A stretch of 64,000 bases of DNA from Candidatus Poribacteria bacterium (GTDB taxonomy: Bacteria; Poribacteria; WGA-4E; PCPOR2b): contig OZ220744.1 of NCBI GenBank assembly GCA_965116925.1, positions 2,720,001-2,784,000 on the forward strand, given 5' to 3'. This document shows, in pieces, positions 20,021 to 31,020 of this stretch. Position 1 is the stretch's first letter. The number at the start of each line of letters is the position of its first letter. The notes under the pieces were generated by a model. The model did no database searches. It was not told the origin of the DNA and worked only from the letters and a program-made list of their open reading frames with translations. A program made the position numbers and the translations under genes.

Positions 20021-21097
20021 TTAGAATTCACTATAGTCGAGCAATTCCTGACAGTTCCAATCCTGAAAATGAGTGTATCGGAGTTTGAATCGGAACACGC
20101 TTTGCCAGCCGATCGGAGGGAAGAGGGTCGCAATCACCGAGAGCCGGTAGTCGTGGACACAGTCTTCCCAGCTATACCCTAAAACTCCTCCATCGACGAG
20201 ACCATCGTAATAGTAGCGCAACAGATCCTTCTCGATTTCATGCCGTTGCGGTGAGGAATCGCCTCCAACTAAGTAACAGAGATCATAGGGACCCATACCG
20301 CGTTTATAGGTTTCCCAATCACCAAAATACAGTCCATCTGTTTCCGGGTTTTTAGGATAGAAGAGATTCCAATGATGCAGGTCACCGTGTAGAAGTGTCA
20401 AAGCTTTGTTATCTTTGATCCGCTCAGAATACAACCGTTCCCAGCCGTTGACAGCGTGATGTACAAAATCGAATGCTTCCTGTGGCAATTCGTCTTGAGC
20501 TGTGTCTGAAAATTGGGGAAGCAGCTCGTCTCTCCAGTGTTCACAATAGGTTCGTATGATTTCGGGGGTTGCAGCATCTGCCATGCGGAGCGGGCCCCCA
20601 CGCCCTCGCAGAAAATCGGCTTGTGAAATTCGCGGGTGCTCCCACCATTGCGTATGGAACTTCAGCAGTTCATCAATAATCTGCTTGTAGAGCGCGACGC
20701 TGAATCTTCCTTCCACTTTGGGCGGGGATTCGGTGTGCGTCACAGAGGCATCTTCAAAGATAAAATAGCATTGACGGGCGTCTCGGTCATAATCGAAGTC
20801 GTAACATCGGAAGACCGGCGGGTCGGGCATTTGGGCGACAATTTCGTTGAAGAATACCGATTCAGCAACGCCACCCCCAAACCAACCGTCCCGATAATTT
20901 TTGAAGATTAGATCAGTATGTGGACGATGCTCCAATTCAGTGGAATAGGCCACTTTCAACCGTGTGAAAAAGGCGGCGGTTGATTCAAATGTCTCACCGA
21001 TTTGCACGTCAGTTACAGCGTGTTGTGAAAGGTGCCCGTTCTGTTGCAACCGACCCGTCAGCCATTGTGGTGTGATCTGTTCGGCACAGGTAATCAA
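20021..21097 (-). CDS. APH/choline-kinase-like phosphotransferase
   Basis: Brenner motif LLHGDLHHWN and downstream GDWE...DL. Confidence 0.82.
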   Translation of the reverse strand: MITCAEQITPQWLTGRLQQNGHLSQHAVTDVQIGETFESTAAFFTRLKVAYSTELEHRPHTDLIFKNYRDGWFGGGVAESVFFNEIVAQMPDPPVFRCYDFDYDRDARQCYFIFEDASVTHTESPPKVEGRFSVALYKQIIDELLKFHTQWWEHPRISQADFLRGRGGPLRMADAATPEIIRTYCEHWRDELLPQFSDTAQDELPQEAFDFVHHAVNGWERLYSERIKDNKALTLLHGDLHHWNLFYPKNPETDGLYFGDWETYKRGMGPYDLCYLVGGDSSPQRHEIEKDLLRYYYDGLVDGGVLGYSWEDCVHDYRLSVIATLFPPIGWQSVFRFKLRYTHFQDWNCQELLDYSEF

Positions 21098-21176
21098 TTG
21101 ATTCTTTACCTCTTTGTGAGTTTGAGGAGTAGGGAACGCAGATCTGCGTTCCCTACTCGCTTGGTATCACTATCGA

Positions 21177-22025
21177 CTACCCTTTTGCGATAGGTGCACC
21201 GACAAGGTTACCCCATTCTGTCCAGCTACCGTCGTAGTTGCGGACCTTTTCGTAACCTAAGAGGTACTTGAGCGCGAACCATGTGTGCGAGGAACGTTCT
21301 CCAATACGGCAGTAAGCGACCGTCTCTTTATCTGGATCCACGCCTGCGCCTTCGTAGATCTCCTTCAACTCGTCGTAGGATTTGAAGGTGCCGTCGTCCG
21401 CCACTGCGGTTGCCCACGGTATATTCGCTGCGCCCGGAATGCGTCCCGGACGTTGTGCCGTTTCGGGCAACCCTGGGGGCGCGATAATCTCGCCGGTGAA
21501 CTCCGCCGGTGAACGCACATCTACAAGGTTGACCACTCCCTGCTCTAGTGTCGGCAGGACGTGATCTTTTGTTGCCCGCACGTTGTCATCGGGGAATTTC
21601 GCTTTGTAGTCGGTGGCAGCAGGTGAAGACGTATCCGTAACTAAATCGCGCCCCTCGTCGATCCATTTTTGGCGTCCGCCGTCCATCACCTTTAGCTTGC
21701 TTTCGTCATGCCCATAGTAGCGGAATTGCCACAGCGCATAGGTGGCGAACCAATTGTTATTGTCGCCGTAGAAGATAACGGTGGTATCGTTGCTGATGCC
21801 GTTATCTTGGCACAACTCTTCAAACTGCTCTTTTGTTAAGATGTCGCGCCGCACTTGGTCACATAGTTGGGTCTGCCAGTTAAGCCCGACAGCGCCGCTG
21901 ATGTGTCCTTCGTCGTAAGCCGCTGTATCCACATCGACCTCTACCAAACGGATGCCAGCGTCGCTGCCGTGCTGGGCGACCCAGTCGGTGGTTACTAATA
22001 CTTCAGGATGAGCATAATCTGCCAT
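21177..22025 (-). CDS. Two-domain rhodanese/thiosulfate sulfurtransferase
   Basis: GHISGA, YCRIGERSS active-site loop and YDGSWTEWGN. Confidence 0.93.
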   Translation of the reverse strand: MADYAHPEVLVTTDWVAQHGSDAGIRLVEVDVDTAAYDEGHISGAVGLNWQTQLCDQVRRDILTKEQFEELCQDNGISNDTTVIFYGDNNNWFATYALWQFRYYGHDESKLKVMDGGRQKWIDEGRDLVTDTSSPAATDYKAKFPDDNVRATKDHVLPTLEQGVVNLVDVRSPAEFTGEIIAPPGLPETAQRPGRIPGAANIPWATAVADDGTFKSYDELKEIYEGAGVDPDKETVAYCRIGERSSHTWFALKYLLGYEKVRNYDGSWTEWGNLVGAPIAKG

Positions 22026-22237
22026 AACAAAAAACCTCCTGCTTTAATTTGAAAATTGATATATTCTGCTGTCTGAGTGGGAGATACAGTTGATGCCCCA
22101 CCTATTCTTTACTTAGGAATCGTAGCATATTTTTGTAAGAAATACAAGTTTTTTGATAAGAGGTGCGGTATGAACGGTGACAAGAAGGTGCAAGATCGAG
22201 GAAACAAGGGCTTGACGGCAGGATTTGGTTAGGGCGC

Positions 22238-22342
22238 ATTGACATTTCTGCGAGGTGCCTTCATCATTTGTTGATGAGCACGCCATCGTAGGGGCGAGGT
22301 TTCCTCGCCCAACGGGTTGGGGAACCCAACCCCTACGGATTC
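22238..22342 (+). repeat. ~105-bp REP-doublet-containing repeat, second direct copy at 23673..23777
   Basis: TTGACATTT...CGCCATCGTAGGGGCGAGGTTTCCTCGCCCAAYGGGTTGGGGAACCCAACCCCTACGGATT at both sites. Confidence 0.85.
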
Positions 22343-22460
22343 AGGCTTAGTCTATTAGGCGTCGAGATGTGAATCTCGACCTACACAAGCACTTATATAC
22401 CTGTATCAGAATCTTCCGATCCGATGCCCAATGACCACAGATCCGCTTGCATGCTTCATA

Positions 22461-23306
22461 CTAAGGCTTTGGTTTTGTCCGAAACGTCATCCGGAAATCT
22501 GAGGTCCAACAGCAGCGATCCTGAACAACAATGTGAATGATGTATACGGTATCGAATTCCAGTAACGGGGCTCCCTCGGCGGGCATTATCTGTGTCTCTT
22601 TTCCGATGTTCTCGCCCTCAACTAGATCGCGAGGTAACCAACGGAGGGACGCGCCCTTATGATCGTAGAGGTCAATCTCATACTTTATGATATTCCTATC
22701 CCATCCAAAGCGAATTCCGTTTGCGTTGAGCGGTCCAGGGTCGATGTCAGCGGCTCCGTCTTGGACGTCGCCCCATACTAGTGTCGGCGGGTCTATATCA
22801 AGCCGAAAGCGTTCACCTGATGGCACAACGGGTGGTCGTTCTTGCATCACGGGCTCTGGTTCCTCAACCGTAGGTCTCTGCGGTCCTGTCCGAAACTGTA
22901 TCACTGTCTCTACGACATCGCAGTCGGAATTTGGAGTGTATATCGTAATCTCGTAGTCGGTGTCGTATTCCAACGGATCGCGGGAATCCATGCGCTCTAT
23001 AACCACAACTTTTGTTTCCTTGCACCTGTGAGCATAGGGGGAATTCCAAGTCAGGCGCTTACCGTGCTTCTTATCGTAGACAGAAACCGAATGGTCATAG
23101 ACAGGTTCCTTAAATACGAATCGAAATCCGCTGAGATTCAATGGTTCAGGATTAACATTAACCTCTCCGTGTTTTACGGTGCCCTCTGCGATCAATTTCG
23201 GCTGAGGGAGGGCTTCATCTTTCACCACTGGCTCCTCAACCACAGACGTTTCGGTGTCGCAGCCGAGAATCAGAAGTGCGAACATCATTAGAGCGAGTTT
23301 TTTCAT
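22461..23306 (-). CDS. Lipoprotein with two internally repeated beta-rich domains
   Basis: MKKLALMMFALLILG-C lipobox. Two copies of G.V..G...P.PLN..G.RF...LE(Y/F)DT.Y.I...FRT.P. Start reassigned to 23306. Confidence 0.75.
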   Translation of the reverse strand: MKKLALMMFALLILGCDTETSVVEEPVVKDEALPQPKLIAEGTVKHGEVNVNPEPLNLSGFRFVFKEPVYDHSVSVYDKKHGKRLTWNSPYAHRCKETKVVVIERMDSRDPLEYDTDYEITIYTPNSDCDVVETVIQFRTGPQRPTVEEPEPVMQERPPVVPSGERFRLDIDPPTLVWGDVQDGAADIDPGPLNANGIRFGWDRNIIKYEIDLYDHKGASLRWLPRDLVEGENIGKETQIMPAEGAPLLEFDTVYIIHIVVQDRCCWTSDFRMTFRTKPKP

Positions 23307-23789
23307 GTGATACCTCATGCAGTATAATGCGTAATACGTGATGCGTAAGAGGAAACGGAACGGAGATCTCCGTTCCCTACGAGGGATCAGGTTAAAGCGG
23401 GGGCGTCTCAAATAGTTAATTGCAACTCACTTGGATTTACTTCAGAAAAAAGCGGGGATGCTTCCCAGAGCGGTGAGGTAGAGGATCTGAGGCGTTGTCG
23501 GGGCAGTCGATTGTAGGAGATGCTGATCGGAGCGACAGGGCCACTGGGGAGTAGAGGATGTTGGGTTTCACTATAAGATGATTATACGGCGGGATTGTTG
23601 AGAAGCAGAATTGCTATTGTCGTTGATAGGGATTTGTTTGTATCCGTTCAACCCAACCTACGTGCTGCGGCGTGTTGACATTTATGTGGGGTGTGTTCGC
23701 TACTCGTCGATGCGTGCGCCATCGTAGGGGCGAGGTTTCCTCGCCCAATGGGTTGGGGAACCCAACCCCTACGGATTTGGCAACTTGAG

Positions 23790-25856
23790 TTATGCTATGC
23801 TGAGAAAAAGATTGCCACCTTCGTCCACACGGACACGAACCCAAGGTTCGATCCAGATGGTTGTGTCCGGCTGTTCGATGACGGCGGGTCCGGAGAACTC
23901 GCTTCCCCACGGGAGCAGTGAGCGGTCATAGATGGGGCATGATACAAACCTATCTTCCACGTAGACGGGTCTGACACCCTTCTGTGCGTCTTGCAGGGTA
24001 GTTTTGGGATTGGGGATAAAGTCTTTCAGGGACAGGTCTGGGCGCATACCAATCACAGCGGTTCGGAGATTTAACAGGCGGATCGGGATGCTCTCCAGCA
24101 GCGTTTCTAATCCGCTAAATGTCTCGTCGACCTGCCCGTACTGCCGGAGATATGCACGACGAAAGCTCTCCGCGATGACGTGGGGAGATACGGGTCCCGC
24201 CGGTAGGGGTGTCCGTATGACATGGGTTTGCCCTTCATAGGAGATCTCTGCTTCCCGCACAACAGTTACCTGTGTCAGGGGAATCTGCTCGCTCTCAATT
24301 AGCTTTTCTCCCTGTGCAAGGTGTTCAGCAAAGATTTTTTCTGCTTCGGTGGGGTCGAGTTCAGAGAGACGGCGGTTGATCATGGTAACAAAATCGTGCT
24401 GGAGATCGGCGATAACACACCCCCAAGCGGAGGCGATGCCGGGATAGTAGGGGACAAGTGCTTGTGACACACCAAGTTCTCGTAGGAGGAAGCTGACCAT
24501 CAATGGTCCGCCGCCGCCGAAGGAGAAGAGGACAAAATCTCGTGGATCATGGCCACGGTCGATGGAGATGCGCCGAATACTACCGGCGATTCGGTTATTT
24601 GCAATGGTGAGGATTGCTAGTGCCGCTTCTTCTAGGGATAGACCGAGCGGTTTGCCAACTTTCTCGGTGAGAACAGACCGGGCTGTATCAAGGTCAAACG
24701 AAAAATCTGCTGCTCTGGCAATGGGGTAGTCCGGGTTGATTCGTCCGAGAATCACGTTTGCATCGGTGACGGTGGGTTCGGTGCCGCCCAGTCCGTAGCA
24801 GACGGGACCGGGATCAGCACCTGCGCTTTCGGGTCCCACTTGGAGCAGACCGCCTTCGTCAATTCGGGCGATGCTGCCGCCGCCTGCGCCGATGGTATGA
24901 ATATCAATCATCGACACCATGATCGGGATGCCGAACTCCGGTTCGATCCCGTTTGACACGACCGGCTTGCCCTCTGTTACTAGGGATACATCGAGACTCG
25001 TGCCACCCATATCGTAACCGATCAGGTTCTGAAAACCGCTTTCTGCGGCGATCTTGGTGGCAGCGATGACCCCAGCTGCGGGACCCGATAGGATGGTGTT
25101 TACTGAGAAGTCCTGAGCAGCTTCCACCGACATCATCCCACCGTTCGACTGCATAATGAGAAGATTCCCGTTGTAACCGCGTTCTTCCAAGCGGCCTTCA
25201 AGGCGATCCAAGTAGCGGCTTACTATCGGCTGAACGTAGGCGTTCACCGTAGCGGTGCTGGTGCGTTCAAATTCACGAAAGAGTGGGAGAATATCTGCGG
25301 AAGCGACAATATAAACATTAGGGAAGTGCCTTTCGAGGAGGGTTTTGGCACTGCGCTCGTTAGTGGGATTGATGTAAGCGTTCAGGAAACTGATGACGAT
25401 GGCTTCGACATGGTCCACAAGCAGTTCTTCAGCAGCCTCGATTACCTCAGCTTCCGCTAGTGGGACAAGAATTTCGCCTTCTGCCGAGACACGTTCGGAG
25501 ACCTCTTTACGTCGATCTCGTGGCACTAGCGGTTCATAAGATCCAGTGAGGCCGTAAAGGTGCGGTCGATCGCGACGCCTCAGCTCCAGAATATCCCGGA
25601 AACCACGCGTTGCGATCAGACCGCAGCGTACACCTTTGCGCTCCAAGATGGCGTTGGTCGCCACAGTGGTGCCGTGAATGACCAGTTCGATGTCAGGATA
25701 GGAAACCTCAAGCGTGTCTAAGCCAGCAATTAAGCCGATAGATGGCTCGTGTGGCGTGGTTGAAGCCTTTCCAATCTGTAGCCGTTTTTGGTTTTCATCT
25801 AAGACAACAATATCGGTGAAAGTACCGCCGATATCCACACCAACAAGTTTTCCCAT
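23790..25856 (-). CDS. Hydantoinase/oxoprolinase A subunit
   Basis: GVDIGGTFTD, HGTTVATN, SGPAAG, DMGGTS and GPESAGADPGP motifs. Confidence 0.92.
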   Translation of the reverse strand: MGKLVGVDIGGTFTDIVVLDENQKRLQIGKASTTPHEPSIGLIAGLDTLEVSYPDIELVIHGTTVATNAILERKGVRCGLIATRGFRDILELRRRDRPHLYGLTGSYEPLVPRDRRKEVSERVSAEGEILVPLAEAEVIEAAEELLVDHVEAIVISFLNAYINPTNERSAKTLLERHFPNVYIVASADILPLFREFERTSTATVNAYVQPIVSRYLDRLEGRLEERGYNGNLLIMQSNGGMMSVEAAQDFSVNTILSGPAAGVIAATKIAAESGFQNLIGYDMGGTSLDVSLVTEGKPVVSNGIEPEFGIPIMVSMIDIHTIGAGGGSIARIDEGGLLQVGPESAGADPGPVCYGLGGTEPTVTDANVILGRINPDYPIARAADFSFDLDTARSVLTEKVGKPLGLSLEEAALAILTIANNRIAGSIRRISIDRGHDPRDFVLFSFGGGGPLMVSFLLRELGVSQALVPYYPGIASAWGCVIADLQHDFVTMINRRLSELDPTEAEKIFAEHLAQGEKLIESEQIPLTQVTVVREAEISYEGQTHVIRTPLPAGPVSPHVIAESFRRAYLRQYGQVDETFSGLETLLESIPIRLLNLRTAVIGMRPDLSLKDFIPNPKTTLQDAQKGVRPVYVEDRFVSCPIYDRSLLPWGSEFSGPAVIEQPDTTIWIEPWVRVRVDEGGNLFLSIA

Positions 25857-25927
25857 AAAATTGTCGCAGGTCTCTGTGCAGAGAACACTTCCCTCCTTCT
25901 ATAACGCTGTTTTGCACATAAAGTTTT

Positions 25928-26058
25928 TGCTCATGTTAAGATTTAGTGCAAAAAAACCGAATGTTCGTAGGGGTTGGGTCCCCCAACCCTTACAGCGGGC
26001 GGGAGACCCCGCCCCTACGATTTCGCTTCGTGTTTTGCACTTTCTTTTTACATGAGCC
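25928..26058. mobile_element. MITE copy 2 (inverted relative to copy 1), 8-bp TSD
   Basis: Same TIR and REP doublet; AAAGTTTT at 25920 and 26059. Confidence 0.88.
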
Positions 26059-26175
26059 AAAGTTTTTGGTTAGTAGGGAACAACGGTCGTTGTTCCCTAC
26101 AACTTGCGTTATAGTAACATCTGAAATGTCTGCCGTCAAGTATCAAAGAGTCAACTACTCAACCTTGATTTTATT

Positions 26176-27228
26176 TCATTCGTTGTCGTCAACGGCAGGA
26201 TCAGTTTCCGACAATGAAGCGGTGCCAGATGGGGGATGAATACCAAGATTGGCACGAATTTTAGTACTGATCTCGGCGGCGATTTCAGGGTGTTCCACTA
26301 GGAAATCTTTGGCGTTGTTCTTACCCTGTCCGAGTCGTTCATCGTTATAGGAGAACCAAGGACCACTTTTCTGAACAATTCCCGCTTCCACACCGACATC
26401 CAAGATCTCCCCGATTTTACAGATGCCTTCGCCAAAAATAACGTCGAATTCAGCTTGGCGGAATGGCGGAGCGACCTTGTTTTTGGCGACTTTCACACGG
26501 ATGCGGTTTCCAACTATCTCGTCGCCATCTTTCAGACGATCTGCTCTGCGTATCTCCAACCGAACCGAGGCGTGAAATTTGAGTGCTAATCCACCGGGTG
26601 TCGTTTCTGGATTGCCAAACATAACGCCAATCTTCTGCCGGATCTGATTGGTGAAGATGACAGAGGCTTTGGACTTGTTGGTGACGCTGGACAGTTTACG
26701 CAAGGCTTTAGACATTAAACGCGGCAACAGTCCAACGTGGGCGTCCTCCATACTGCCCTCAATCTCTGCATGAGGGGTGAGTGCTGCAACAGAATCGACA
26801 ACCACAACGTCAACAGCCCCGCTACGAATTAAGGTCTCAACAATATCTAGTGCTTGTTCCCCGGTATCAGGTTGGGAGATTAAGACGTTTTCCATATTCA
26901 CGCCAATCTGTTTGGCATACATCGGGTCTAGCGCGTGCTCGACATCGACAAACGCTGCGACACCTCCCTGCTTCTGTGCCTCTGCGATGATGTGAAGTGC
27001 AAGTGTGGTTTTACCACTCGCTTCGTGACCAAAGATTTCAACAATTCGCCCGCGGGGAACACCGCCGACCCCTAGCGCAATATCTAACGCTATTGAGCCT
27101 GTCGGGACGACCGCAACAGGAATTACCTCGTCACTATCTAGCCGCATAATCGAGCCTTTACCGTGCTGCCGCTCAATTTGAGAAACTGCGAGATCTATCG
27201 CTTTCTGCTTATCTGTACTCAGTTCCAT
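26176..27228 (-). CDS. recA: Recombinase RecA
   Basis: [38 protein letters not shown] and KNKVAPPF. Confidence 0.98.
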   Translation of the reverse strand: MELSTDKQKAIDLAVSQIERQHGKGSIMRLDSDEVIPVAVVPTGSIALDIALGVGGVPRGRIVEIFGHEASGKTTLALHIIAEAQKQGGVAAFVDVEHALDPMYAKQIGVNMENVLISQPDTGEQALDIVETLIRSGAVDVVVVDSVAALTPHAEIEGSMEDAHVGLLPRLMSKALRKLSSVTNKSKASVIFTNQIRQKIGVMFGNPETTPGGLALKFHASVRLEIRRADRLKDGDEIVGNRIRVKVAKNKVAPPFRQAEFDVIFGEGICKIGEILDVGVEAGIVQKSGPWFSYNDERLGQGKNNAKDFLVEHPEIAAEISTKIRANLGIHPPSGTASLSETDPAVDDNE

Positions 27229-27428
27229 GTTGATAATTCTCCTTGTTATGAATTAGGATTGTTTTGGCAAGTTAATTATAACATAACATTTGTTAAAAAC
27301 CAACAAAAAAAGGGGCTTATGTAAAAAGAAAGTACAGAGAGCGCAGAAACACCGAGTGTTTATCGTATCGGGGGGGTGTAGGGGGGCAAGATGCCCCGCC
27401 TATGATGGGTGTGGAGTGATGTTGTCTC

Positions 27429-29381
27429 TCATTTTCCTACCACGATAACGCCGTTGTGGACTTCGACCTGATCGCCAGTTTTCAGCCGAATCTGGTAGAT
27501 ATAGGGACCGATGTTCACGATTTCTCCCGCCTCATCCCTACCGTCCCATTCGACACTCATTGTGTTAGAACTCATTGCCGTTTGATTCACTAAGGTTCGG
27601 ATAAGTTTATTATGGAGATCAAAAATTTCAACGACCGGCTCCGTCCCCCCGATGTGGGATGTGTTGTGATTGACGATTGTTAAACGGGTTCGATCGGCGA
27701 TCCCATTTCCGTCGGGTGAGAACGGGTTAAAGCTCCACACAGCCTGAATCTGTGATGGAACTGCCTGAAACAGGGCAACTTGAGAGATGAAATTAAGTTC
27801 TATACGGACGATCCCCCGATTCAAGTCAATTTCGCCGCCCACCAACTGCCATTCTTGCGCGGACGCATCCCAAGCAAAGATTTTCAGATCCGCTTCTCGC
27901 GTAATGTTTGCAACTATCAGATCGGAAGGGTGATAGGCTAATTCAAGTAGCGCAGGACGTTCAAGAATAAGATGCTCAAAGGGGTCAAATGACACAATTT
28001 TCGCGCCTGATACATCAAAAAACTCGACTTCGTTGAGTTGGAGATTATTCGCCTGCTTGCTCTCCGCGATTTCGAGGCGAAAGTAACGAGCAGAAGGTCG
28101 GGTTGGTAGTTCAATGGTCGTAACTTGATCGTCGAAGGCCGTGACCTCAAGAATGCTTGTAAAATTTTCGTTGTCGTCTGATGTGAGGAGTGTCGCACGC
28201 TGTGGTCCAAAGGAGGTTTCCCCTTCCACGTTAGCGTGCACAACGATACGGCTGACGGTGCGTTGAACCTCAAGATCAATTGTCAGGCTGACAGGTAGCG
28301 GCACAAGCCCTGCAACCCACGTAGATGGTGGTTCCAAGATACCATCCACGGCGAAAGTTGGGGGTTGATCATGCAGTGCACTTGTCGCTTCAGCAGCAAA
28401 TACACCTTGGCGAAGTGCTTCAAAGCGGTACACAACCACTGGCCCTGTTCCTTTAACAATGCGACTGTTGCCCCGATAGGTGAATGGATTAACCGTTTCA
28501 GGCGGCACCGAAAAAAATTGTAGTTTCGTAATGCGTTCGTCAAAAGCCACCGCCGGAATGACAACGGTTGCTCGGTCACCATCACTCAAGGTGAAAACCC
28601 CGCCTTCAGCTGCATCAGGATTTAGCTCCGGAAGATAAGAGAGGGAAATCATTTCTCGGTCCACAGTGTTCGGTGAATCCGGATCCGATGGTGCTAGTTC
28701 CCTAGCAGTCATCGAAAGTCGGTTCACGCCGGCTTCTAGCATCACCTTTATAGAAAAACTTGCACAGTAGGGTCCAGTCAGATTTGGGGGACAGGCATCT
28801 GCTAGGAGCAGCCGAATTGCGATGGACTGGATCTGCCCCTGTATAACTCGATCGTTCGTGTCTAAGAACTGAATTGACTCAATCGCAATTGGTTTAATCT
28901 GCCATCCTTCTATCATCTCAATTTGGATGAATTGTGCGGAGGCGGCTGATGGAAAGTCAACAACAGTGGTGTCGAAATTGGGATCTATGCCCGATGGAAT
29001 GTTGAAGGGTTGACTGGGGGAGAAATTGGTGCCAGCTTGAGAGAACGCAAGACGTGCCAATCGGGGACCGCGTGGGAGCCCTTGATCAACTACATGTCGA
29101 ATCAGCATTCCCTTGAGCTCCTGTGTGCTTCCAAGATCTACGATGACTCCATAAATGGAGTGTGTCAGTTGCGCGAGATCTGGGATACCGCCGGGCGTGT
29201 TGGTCGAAACGATAACTTCCCCTCCGGCTGAGGACTCAACGATTCCTTTGATTTCCACTGTTTGATTGTTGGTCGTGAAATCGGTAGCCGGGCTGAAAAT
29301 AGAGAGATTCGTCCGAGCTACTAATTCGCCGGCACTTAGGAGGATGAGGATAATTGAGGGAAGGGAGAGGTAAAATCGCAT
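27429..29381 (-). CDS. Secreted protein with discoidin (F5/8 type C)-like domains and C-terminal FlgD-Ig/CHU_C-like domain
   Basis: Signal peptide. AVDG..W..LTIDL..ARYFRL..EVEF discoidin pattern. NPFSPDGNG..WDGRD..G.YIY tail. Confidence 0.72.
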   Translation of the reverse strand: MRFYLSLPSIILILLSAGELVARTNLSIFSPATDFTTNNQTVEIKGIVESSAGGEVIVSTNTPGGIPDLAQLTHSIYGVIVDLGSTQELKGMLIRHVVDQGLPRGPRLARLAFSQAGTNFSPSQPFNIPSGIDPNFDTTVVDFPSAASAQFIQIEMIEGWQIKPIAIESIQFLDTNDRVIQGQIQSIAIRLLLADACPPNLTGPYCASFSIKVMLEAGVNRLSMTARELAPSDPDSPNTVDREMISLSYLPELNPDAAEGGVFTLSDGDRATVVIPAVAFDERITKLQFFSVPPETVNPFTYRGNSRIVKGTGPVVVYRFEALRQGVFAAEATSALHDQPPTFAVDGILEPPSTWVAGLVPLPVSLTIDLEVQRTVSRIVVHANVEGETSFGPQRATLLTSDDNENFTSILEVTAFDDQVTTIELPTRPSARYFRLEIAESKQANNLQLNEVEFFDVSGAKIVSFDPFEHLILERPALLELAYHPSDLIVANITREADLKIFAWDASAQEWQLVGGEIDLNRGIVRIELNFISQVALFQAVPSQIQAVWSFNPFSPDGNGIADRTRLTIVNHNTSHIGGTEPVVEIFDLHNKLIRTLVNQTAMSSNTMSVEWDGRDEAGEIVNIGPYIYQIRLKTGDQVEVHNGVIVVGK

Positions 29382-29460
29382 ATTTTTATCTGTGTAATGC
29401 GTAAAACGTGAAACGTAAAAACATCCGCGAATAAACGTGAAAAAAAGAGTGTTGGTTCAT

Positions 29461-29568
29461 TATAGTGAATTCAAAAAATAAAGAAACACTTGCGCCACCC
29501 CTGTTTGGTAGGCGCTGTTTATAACTGCGCCGATTTGGAGTGTCTCATTAATTCTAAGGTCCACTATA
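29461..29568. mobile_element. TATAGT-ended MITE carrying REP hairpins; longer copy at 60021..60190, partial at 17930..18030, collapsed at 20010..20035
   Basis: Ends TATAGTGAATTCAAAAAATAAAGAAAC ... TTAATTCTAA....ACTATA. Confidence 0.78.
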
Positions 29569-29820
29569 GTTCATTGGTTCATTAAAACAAGTCGACAACA
29601 CCTGTAGGTCGAGATTCATATCTCGACATCTTCATACTGTGATCACAGGTTGGGAAACCTGTGACTACGAAAGACTATTGATTTTGAAAAATCAGTCTCC
29701 AGCAGGGCAACCACAAGGGTTACCCCTACAGGAGTTATCCAATGTAGGGGCAGGTCTTGTGCCTGCCCAAAACCTGACACGCAATTTATCTCACTCGCTG
29801 GTACGCGAACTGCGATGTGA

Positions 29821-30981
29821 TTAGAGTGCTTGTTGATACAGGTTGATCATGTCACCCTCGGTGCAAGGGCGAGGATTGGTCAGGTGGCACTGATCCGCCA
29901 CTGCCTGCTGCGCGAGGCGAGGAATCATTTCTGCCGTCACATTGACCTCTCGCAAATGCGACGGAATGCCGATATCTTTGCACAGCTGCGTGACCTGATC
30001 TATTGCGGCTTGTGCGGCTTCCTCTGGTGGTAGGGGGTGGGTATTCACGCCAAATGCCGCAGCGATGTCCCTTAATTGATCCGTTGCAGCATTTTTGTTA
30101 AACGCCATTGTGTATGGAAGGAGAATCGCGTTTGCAAGCCCGTGGTGTAGGTCGGTGAGGGTCGAAAGCGGGTGTGCTAGTGAATGGGTGACACCTAGTT
30201 CTTTCTGAAACGCGATGGCACCCATCATCGCCGCCATCATCATCGCACCACGCGCTTCAAGGTCACTGCCATTTTCGACAGCACGACGTAGGTTCTGAGC
30301 GACGAGTTTTACACCGGCGAGGGCGATCCCATCGCAAATCGGGTGATAGACGGTGGAGAGGTAGGATTCGAGATTGTGGGTGAGTGCGTCCATCCCTGTC
30401 GCAGCGGTCAAGGACTTGGGCAATCCGACGGTCAATTCTGGATCTACGATAGCGGTTTTGGGAAGTAGGTGGGGACTAAACACCAACGCCTTGCGCTCCA
30501 GCGATTTTATTGTAACAACTGCCCCTCGTCCCACCTCACTCCCGGTCCCCGCAGCGGTTGGAATGGCGAGCATCGACGGTAGGTCGGACGAGATTTTCTC
30601 CAATCCCCCGTTGAGGACTTCGTATTCCGCTAGCGGTAGGGGATGGGTCGCCTTCAAGCAGATGAGCTTGGCGACATCTAGCGGACTTCCACCGCCCATG
30701 CCAATTACAAAATCGCAGCCCTCCTTCTGGAAAATCTCCACACCGTCGAACACATCCGCTTCGACCGGATTGCCGTGGACGCCGTCGTAGATTGCGTAGT
30801 CGATTCGCGCTGCTTCGAGTCGATGCGTTATTTTATCTGCTAGTCCTACTTGGCGAATCCCGTTATCCGTTACCACTAACACTTTCTGGGGCGAGAATGG
30901 CGAGAGTTGTTCGGCAAGTGTGTCAATTGTCCCGACGCCGAAGATGATTCTGTTAGGAAAACTGAAGGTGGAAGGGGACAT
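29821..30981 (-). CDS. Iron-containing alcohol dehydrogenase
   Basis: GGGSPLD, PTAAGTGSE, DALTH, H.LAH and HGLAN motifs. Confidence 0.93.
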   Translation of the reverse strand: MSPSTFSFPNRIIFGVGTIDTLAEQLSPFSPQKVLVVTDNGIRQVGLADKITHRLEAARIDYAIYDGVHGNPVEADVFDGVEIFQKEGCDFVIGMGGGSPLDVAKLICLKATHPLPLAEYEVLNGGLEKISSDLPSMLAIPTAAGTGSEVGRGAVVTIKSLERKALVFSPHLLPKTAIVDPELTVGLPKSLTAATGMDALTHNLESYLSTVYHPICDGIALAGVKLVAQNLRRAVENGSDLEARGAMMMAAMMGAIAFQKELGVTHSLAHPLSTLTDLHHGLANAILLPYTMAFNKNAATDQLRDIAAAFGVNTHPLPPEEAAQAAIDQVTQLCKDIGIPSHLREVNVTAEMIPRLAQQAVADQCHLTNPRPCTEGDMINLYQQAL

Positions 30982-31020
30982 GTAGTTATCCTTTTTCTGA
31001 TACGTGATGCGTAAGTTGGC

